Source: Eledone cirrhosa (Eukaryota). From it: 64,000 nucleotides of DNA. The stretch's first letter is position 1; each line of letters starts with the position of its first letter. The notes below the pieces were generated by a model. It had not been told where the DNA came from. It saw only the letters and a program-made list of their open reading frames with translations, and did not search any database. Below are positions 58,089 to 64,000 of this stretch, piece after piece. Where the stretch lies: assembly GCA_964016885.1 (NCBI GenBank), contig OZ024740.1, forward strand, positions 156,674,001-156,738,000, in the 5' to 3' direction. The translations under genes were made by a program, and so were the position numbers.

Positions 58089-59445
58089 ACTAGCAGCATG
58101 GCCCGGCGTTGCTCGGGCTTCTAAACATAGATTGGCATGTTTATCCCTCCTTTCTGAAACAGTACAGAGAAGTACGGAATACCTCGGCCTGGGGATGGTG
58201 TCTACATTTTGTGCTTAGGCAAATCATTTTCTATTAAGATTTTTCAAAAGCATGTAGTTGCATTCTCTCTCTTTTAGTTGTTGTTTTTGCTGCTGTTGGT
58301 GTGATAGCAGCCGTTGGTCGTATTATTAACACAGTCTCGTCCTTCTTCAGCCAATCGTGTATATCCCCTTCTGCCTCGTCTACCTAAACAATGATTGTAG
58401 CACCTCCTTTTACACAATGTTCCTTGCTCTCCCGTGTCGGGCATATGCAAAGAGATTTGACTTGCTTCCCACTCTTGAGCAGCCAACGTATAGTTGGCTG
58501 TGTGAAAAACATGACTCTTCCAAAGGAACACCAGCAACAGCTAGGATCTGACCCTGGGATTTGTTGATAGACATTGCAAAGCTGACACGGTTCGGCGAAT
58601 GGTTCGTTGGTTGTCTGTTTCAATTGCTCTTCTGGTAGCAGTACGTTAAGCATCTTGCGACCGTCGAATAGCAGATTCCACTGACGATTCGTTTGCCAGC
58701 CTTGTTCTTTTTCTTGCCGCTTTCGCAGTATTTCGGCCAGTGGAGTATCTCTTCCTTCGAGGCCTGACCTAAAAGAAGGACGAAGTACAGTAAGACTAAC
58801 TGGTAGAGTAAGGAGTAAACTCGTCAGTGATGCATGTGATTTCCGAACCGTTGACTATGTAATTGCTGGCCTTGTGCCAAAAGTAGTGGGACGTTTTGGG
58901 TAGCATGTAACAATGACGATAAGCCGTCTGTGCTTTCGTGAAATAAATACGTTTGTTTATATTTGGTTTTTGTGTATGCAAAAATATCTGTACACGAATA
59001 TATAATTATAAATATATATATATTAAAATAACAGATTAAAGTTTAAACAAAGAATCGCTGCTTTCACCCTTAACGGGATCTTCTGAAACTAAAAAAATCA
59101 ATCTGTGAACGCAGAAGTAAATATTTCGAAAAACGTTGCAACCGAAGGAAAATAGGAAGACGATACTTATGCAGACAGCTAGTCATACAGATAGATATTA
59201 CAAGGGCGCGACGTTATAGCTATGTATCTAAAAAGATAGACTAAGAAAGAGAGAGAAAGATCGCTAACCGGCGCCTATCACGCCTTTAACAACAGAAAAT
59301 TGAAAAATAAAAGCTGCAGTTTATATCTTTAGACCGCAAGGAATATAGAAATGCAAGTTTGAAGTCAATCGGAGTAGAATTGTGGATTTGTATAGACCTT
59401 GCAAAAATTAGGACACACACAGAGACAATTTCAGTTTTATATATA
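58089..59445 (+). mobile_element. Helitron/Helentron-like non-autonomous element
   Basis: Starts actagcagcatggcccggcgttgctcgggc (hairpin) and ends aagtttgaagtcaatcgg..acacacacagagaca..ttttatatatat, the same architecture as 35729-36535. Confidence 0.6.
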
Positions 59446-59982
59446 TGTATATATATATATATAAACAGACATTCTAAGAAATGTGCCAATCCATCGCCCT
59501 AGCAACGTTCGTTATGTTATCGACCCTGCAATGATGAAAGACAAATTGCATCTGGGCGGGATCTGAACGGTGAATGCAGAAAGCGTGATAAATATGGCAC
59601 GGCTTACCTTCTAACGTAGGAAGAAACTGGTGTTAAAATCCAAAGATAAAATCAAGGTTTCATCAATAAGTAACCATCAAGGTATGCAGATGTTTAACGT
59701 TGGTGGAAGTAATGGTTAATTATATATATAAAAGAGATACGAAAAGCGAAGCTTTTAGGATTTGAAACATTAAGCACGGTAAATTTCTTGAGTAGCTAAC
59801 ATATTAAGGCAAATAAATATATATGAGATTTGCAAAGTTTATGTCGAATAGTATTAGTTGGAAATGTATAAAAGAAATATCTTTAACATGCAATGAAGGA
59901 AAACGGAGTTGTATATATGAAAGAATCACGAAAAGGTTAGTCTTTTGGACGGATATATAAAGGTAAAGAAACGAAGACAGTC

Positions 59983-60078
<96 letters not shown>

Positions 60079-60154
60079 GAAGTATTTCTGTCGGAAAGGT
60101 ACAGGAAAAAAGAGTGCTCTATGTAGGCTACAGAGCTTATTAGTTATGTAATAA

Positions 60155-60340
60155 ACAACATAAGATAATTATTTCATTTACCAGTGGTTTCTTGAAGGCA
60201 GATGCTATGTCTGTCTTCAGTCGTCAGAATGAATAAATAACATGAATAAAGACCATGTTATTTATTCATTCTGACGACTGAAGACAGACATAACATGGGC
60301 CTTCAAGAAACAACTGGCAAATGAAATAATTATCTTATGT

Positions 60341-60343
<3 letters not shown>
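60155..60343. repeat. Fold-back element: 90-bp inverted arms, 9-nt spacer, abutting (AT)n
   Basis: 60155-60244 is the reverse complement of 60254-60343 with a few mismatches. Confidence 0.95.
60173..60233 (-). ncRNA. Type-I hammerhead ribozyme (intact); mutated twin on + strand at 60265-60325
   Basis: Minus strand: UUCAUU-CUGACGA-C-UGAAG.CAGA(CAUAGCA)UCUG.CUUCA-A-GAAA-CC(ACU)GG-UA^-AAUGAA. The plus copy has U16.1->C. Confidence 0.85.
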
Positions 60344-60395
<52 letters not shown>

Positions 60396-61734
60396 GTATA
60401 TATGAATGCACTTATTTTATATTTAATAATATACGGGATGCTTATCAAAAAAATTTGGAAGGCCTTTCGCTATGAATATTAAGGTTGTGACGATACCTAA
60501 CTTCAGTAAAAGCAGGAGGAAGTAATCGGACGATGCCACCGTTTCTGACTTATAAGTGGTTATCAAGACTTACATTTCCCACCCTTTGCTGAAGCAGGAT
60601 TCCTATAGAATTCTGCTAATATTTATGAGCTGATGAAATCCATATGGAGTAGTAACCGGCCCGGCATGAATTAGAAATTTGTATTGGTGCTCCATCATAG
60701 CGATATACAACTGGATGCTAAAGCATAACATTTGCTTAAGGTGTCAACGACTGGAATCGTATTCGTCACCATGTGGCAGTGTTACAAACTATCTAGCCAG
60801 TCAGCCTACCATGGTGGAAGGGGCAGAAAGAAGAAACATTGTTCCTGCTATCTATTGAATACAGTATGTATGTCAATTACCCAAATTATTTTCTAAAATC
60901 ATTGATTGCGATTACAGCTGTATCATCTCAGATATGTGTGGATCACATGTGAAGCCTATTTATATACAATGAAGCATTTGTTTTAAACAAACCAGTTGAA
61001 AAAAATTGCTTGATCTCTTTATGTATTACAAGGATCTATAGAATCTGCATTACGTTCCAATTTTTATATTATAAAATGAATGAGAAAGAAATATTACATC
61101 AAATACGAGATTAGTCAACCGTATGTAAATTTCTGAGGGGGCGTAAGTGTATTGTGTTCAGTGACCGGACCCAAAACACAATGCTATACCAATAGCGGAA
61201 TTGATTTGATGACGCATGACGCACCATTCCTAATGCTTTGGACACTCTAAGATACTACATCATTTGCCTTTCATCCTTACGGGGTCGATAAAATAAAGTA
61301 CCAGTAATGTACTGGGTAATTGATGGCCTTGTGCCTAAAGTAGAAACAATTATCTTGGATACGACATCACTGACAATGGAAATGGTTTTACACAAAACAC
61401 CGAGTAGTATGTGCATCAGTGGGAAAACTTTATTGTATTAGAAATTAATCGGCTAGCGAAAGAATCAAGATGTTATTATTGAATATTTGTATTGCAATAT
61501 TTCTGTTCTCTACCAATGAAAGAAATTCTTTTCCGATTTGCAATTGGAATTTGTTTCCAACAAATAACAATATACTGTTAATTAGATGTGTGCAGAATTT
61601 CTAAACCGATAAGATTTTACATTAAAATTATTGATTTTGACTGGTCAAAGTTTGAAAAAACCAAACGTACCACTGACCACACTTTTGAATTACAAAACGC
61701 TTCATGCAAACGTCATAATAATAATTATAATAGT

Positions 61735-62325
61735 TATAATAATTGTTTCTACTTTTGGCACAAGGCCAGCTAATACCCAGTGTATTACTGGTACTTTATT
61801 TTATCGACCCCGTAAGGATGAAAGGCAAAGTTAACCTCGGCAGGATTTGAACACATAATGGCAAGTTAATAGTAATAATAATGGTGATGGTGATGATGAT
61901 GATAATACTAATAATTATTATTTCTGCTTCAGGCACAAGGCCAGCAATTTGAAGAGGAGGGCAAGTCGATTAAATCGACCCCAGTGCATTACTGGTACTT
62001 TATTTATCGACCCCTAAATATGAAAGGCAAAGCTAACCTCGGCGGCATTTGAACCCAGAAAGTAAAGGGTCACAACTCTATACTGCAAAGCATGGTGTCT
62101 GATGCACTACCGATATTGCCAATTCACCCCTTAATAATTGTTTCTACTTTTGGCACAAGGTCAGCAATTAACCAGTGTATTACTGGTACTTTATTTTATC
62201 GACCCCGTAAGGATGAAAAGCAAAATTAACCTCGGCGGGATTTGAACTCAGAATGGCAAGGGCCGTAACTCTATGCGTCAAAGCATGGCGTCCGACCCTC
62301 TACAGATACTGCCAATTCACCGCCA
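61735..62325 (-). mobile_element. Three tandem tRNA-derived SINE copies
   Basis: ggcacaagg(c/t)cagc..ctggtacttt..tcgacccc..aacctcggc..tttgaac repeated at ~61740, ~61920 and ~62135. Confidence 0.9.
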
Positions 62326-62339
62326 TAATAGTAATCATA

Positions 62340-64000
62340 GTAATAATGCTTTCTTTATTAACCACAAGAGTTTACACAAAGTAGACATTAAGGACAGTAC
62401 AGGACAATACTGGATGGTACAAATGGGCATTTCTGCGTATATAAAAATAAAAAGCAGAGGATGTAATAATAGAACAATGAAAAAATTCCCCAGTAGGGGG
62501 GAGACTTCCGAGGGACATTGGTGGAGAAAGCCCATTAAAAAGCCACAGTAACCCTGACCACCAGGGCAAGTGCCCTCTCCCAGTTGTCCACCTTTAATTT
62601 ACAGACACATACTCAGGCCATTCTTGCCTCTCTCACCCATCTTTCAACAAAATGCTGGGAAGAGAGCACTTCCCTCTCTACCCTGATTTTCCTTTTCAAA
62701 TGAAATTTGAAAAAGTTAATCAGGGCATCACCGAAGAGGTAAGTGCTCGTCTCCAGCCCTTTCAAACGTGTCCACCATACTATCTATTTCGCCATGGCCA
62801 CCAGACAGATAAAAACTGCCTGCCTTTCCCGGCTAAAGGAAGAGGGCGGGGTAATCCTCACGATGGACTCAGCTGATAGCTGGATCCGTCCTACATGCCA
62901 CCGCTTCGTATTCTCTTAGTGTAGTGCCGATCGCCTCGATGTGTTTGGCGTTCGACACCATTACGGTGACATCGTCCGCATATGCTGACACGGAACTTCC
63001 GCATCCTAGTTCGCGCGGGAAACACTCAACGTCTCCAGTTTGTGCAGTGATGGCTCGAGAGTCAATACGTACAAGAGGGACGAGAGGGGACATCCTTGGC
63101 GGACCGAGCGCATGATGTTGAACGGTTCTGAAAGGTGACCGTTCACTCTCACCACAGAGCAGATGTCGCTGTGCATGACAGCGATCCAGCCTCTGAAGAC
63201 GGGCCAAAAGCCAGCCGCTAGGTAACGATGGTCGACCCTATCGAAAGATTTCGACTGATCTAAATTGATCAAGGACCCACATGTGCCAGGTTCGCTAGCT
63301 ACCCTCACTACGATGTATCGCATGATGTGGAGGTTGTCGTCGATGGATCTGTCGGGAATGGCGCATGTCTGCGCCTCTCCCACCAGACCACCAACGACAA
63401 GCGCCAACCTCTTTGCTAGCACCTTGGCCAAAATCTTGAACTCTGTGTTTAGCAGAGTTATGGGCCTGAAATTATCTATGTTATCCCCCTTGTTCGGATC
63501 CTTTCTCGGCAGTGCCACAGCTCCTCGGCTCACAGAGCTGGGATTTCTCCCGTTATGTTGCCAGTTGCAGTAGACGTCCGCCAAGAGGCCTCCGAACAAG
63601 TCTGGCATCTGTACGTAAAGTTCATAGGGCAGACCATCCAAACCAGGCGATTTACCCCTTGTGCAGCCAGTCATTGTCTCCCGTACTTCAGCGGCTGTTA
63701 TCGGCTTTTCGCAACACTCCGCCTCATGGGCGCGAGCCGCGGCAGTCCGTCGAGGTAGACACTAAAGTCCATCCCTCGATCTGGCCCGCCGCTGCCCCCG
63801 AACAGCTGTGCGAAGTATCGCTGAAAAGCTTCACACATTTGCCCGGGATCGAGTAACATCCGCCCGTCGTGGTCCACCAAAGACCGGATCGTGGCTTTGT
63901 TGCCACGACGCGCCTCCGCCACTCGGGCCCATTGAACGGCTTTCGTCCCCTCGTGTCTGAGAGCACGGAACCTAGCTCTGACTACGCAACCTTCGTGCTT
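62340..64000 (-). mobile_element. Second L1/Tx1-like LINE copy with ~960-bp internal deletion (continues past window end)
   Basis: Highly similar to 32140-34770. ORF 63006-63674 carries GKSPGLDGLP, NFRPITLLN, LDQSKSFDRV and RQGCPLS. The junction at ~62896 joins the equivalents of ~32720 and ~33683. Confidence 0.95.

Overview
AT-rich, microsatellite-dense eukaryotic DNA made almost entirely of repeats. The SINE, LINE and microsatellite make-up suggests a cephalopod (Octopus-like) genome; this is an inference. I found no credible host protein-coding exon. Most ORFs in the track are microsatellite read-through. The rest are decayed transposon ORFs: an R4/Dong-type RLE LINE, a mariner, RTE, L1/Tx1 (3 copies), CRE, CR1-like and Penelope GIY-YIG. 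The window also holds hAT and pogo MITEs, Helitron/Helentron-like non-autonomous elements and many tRNA-derived SINEs. The most interesting layer is non-coding: at least 5 intact-looking and about 10 degenerate type-I hammerhead ribozyme (HHR) motifs from several unrelated short elements. They mostly sit next to (AT)n tracts. Several are arranged as fold-back palindromes, placing a ribozyme motif on both strands (55765-56269, 60155-60343). Others belong to ~285-320 bp ORF-less monomers resembling non-LTR retrozymes or Penelope pseudo-LTRs. All folds were worked out by eye, and TE boundaries are approximate.
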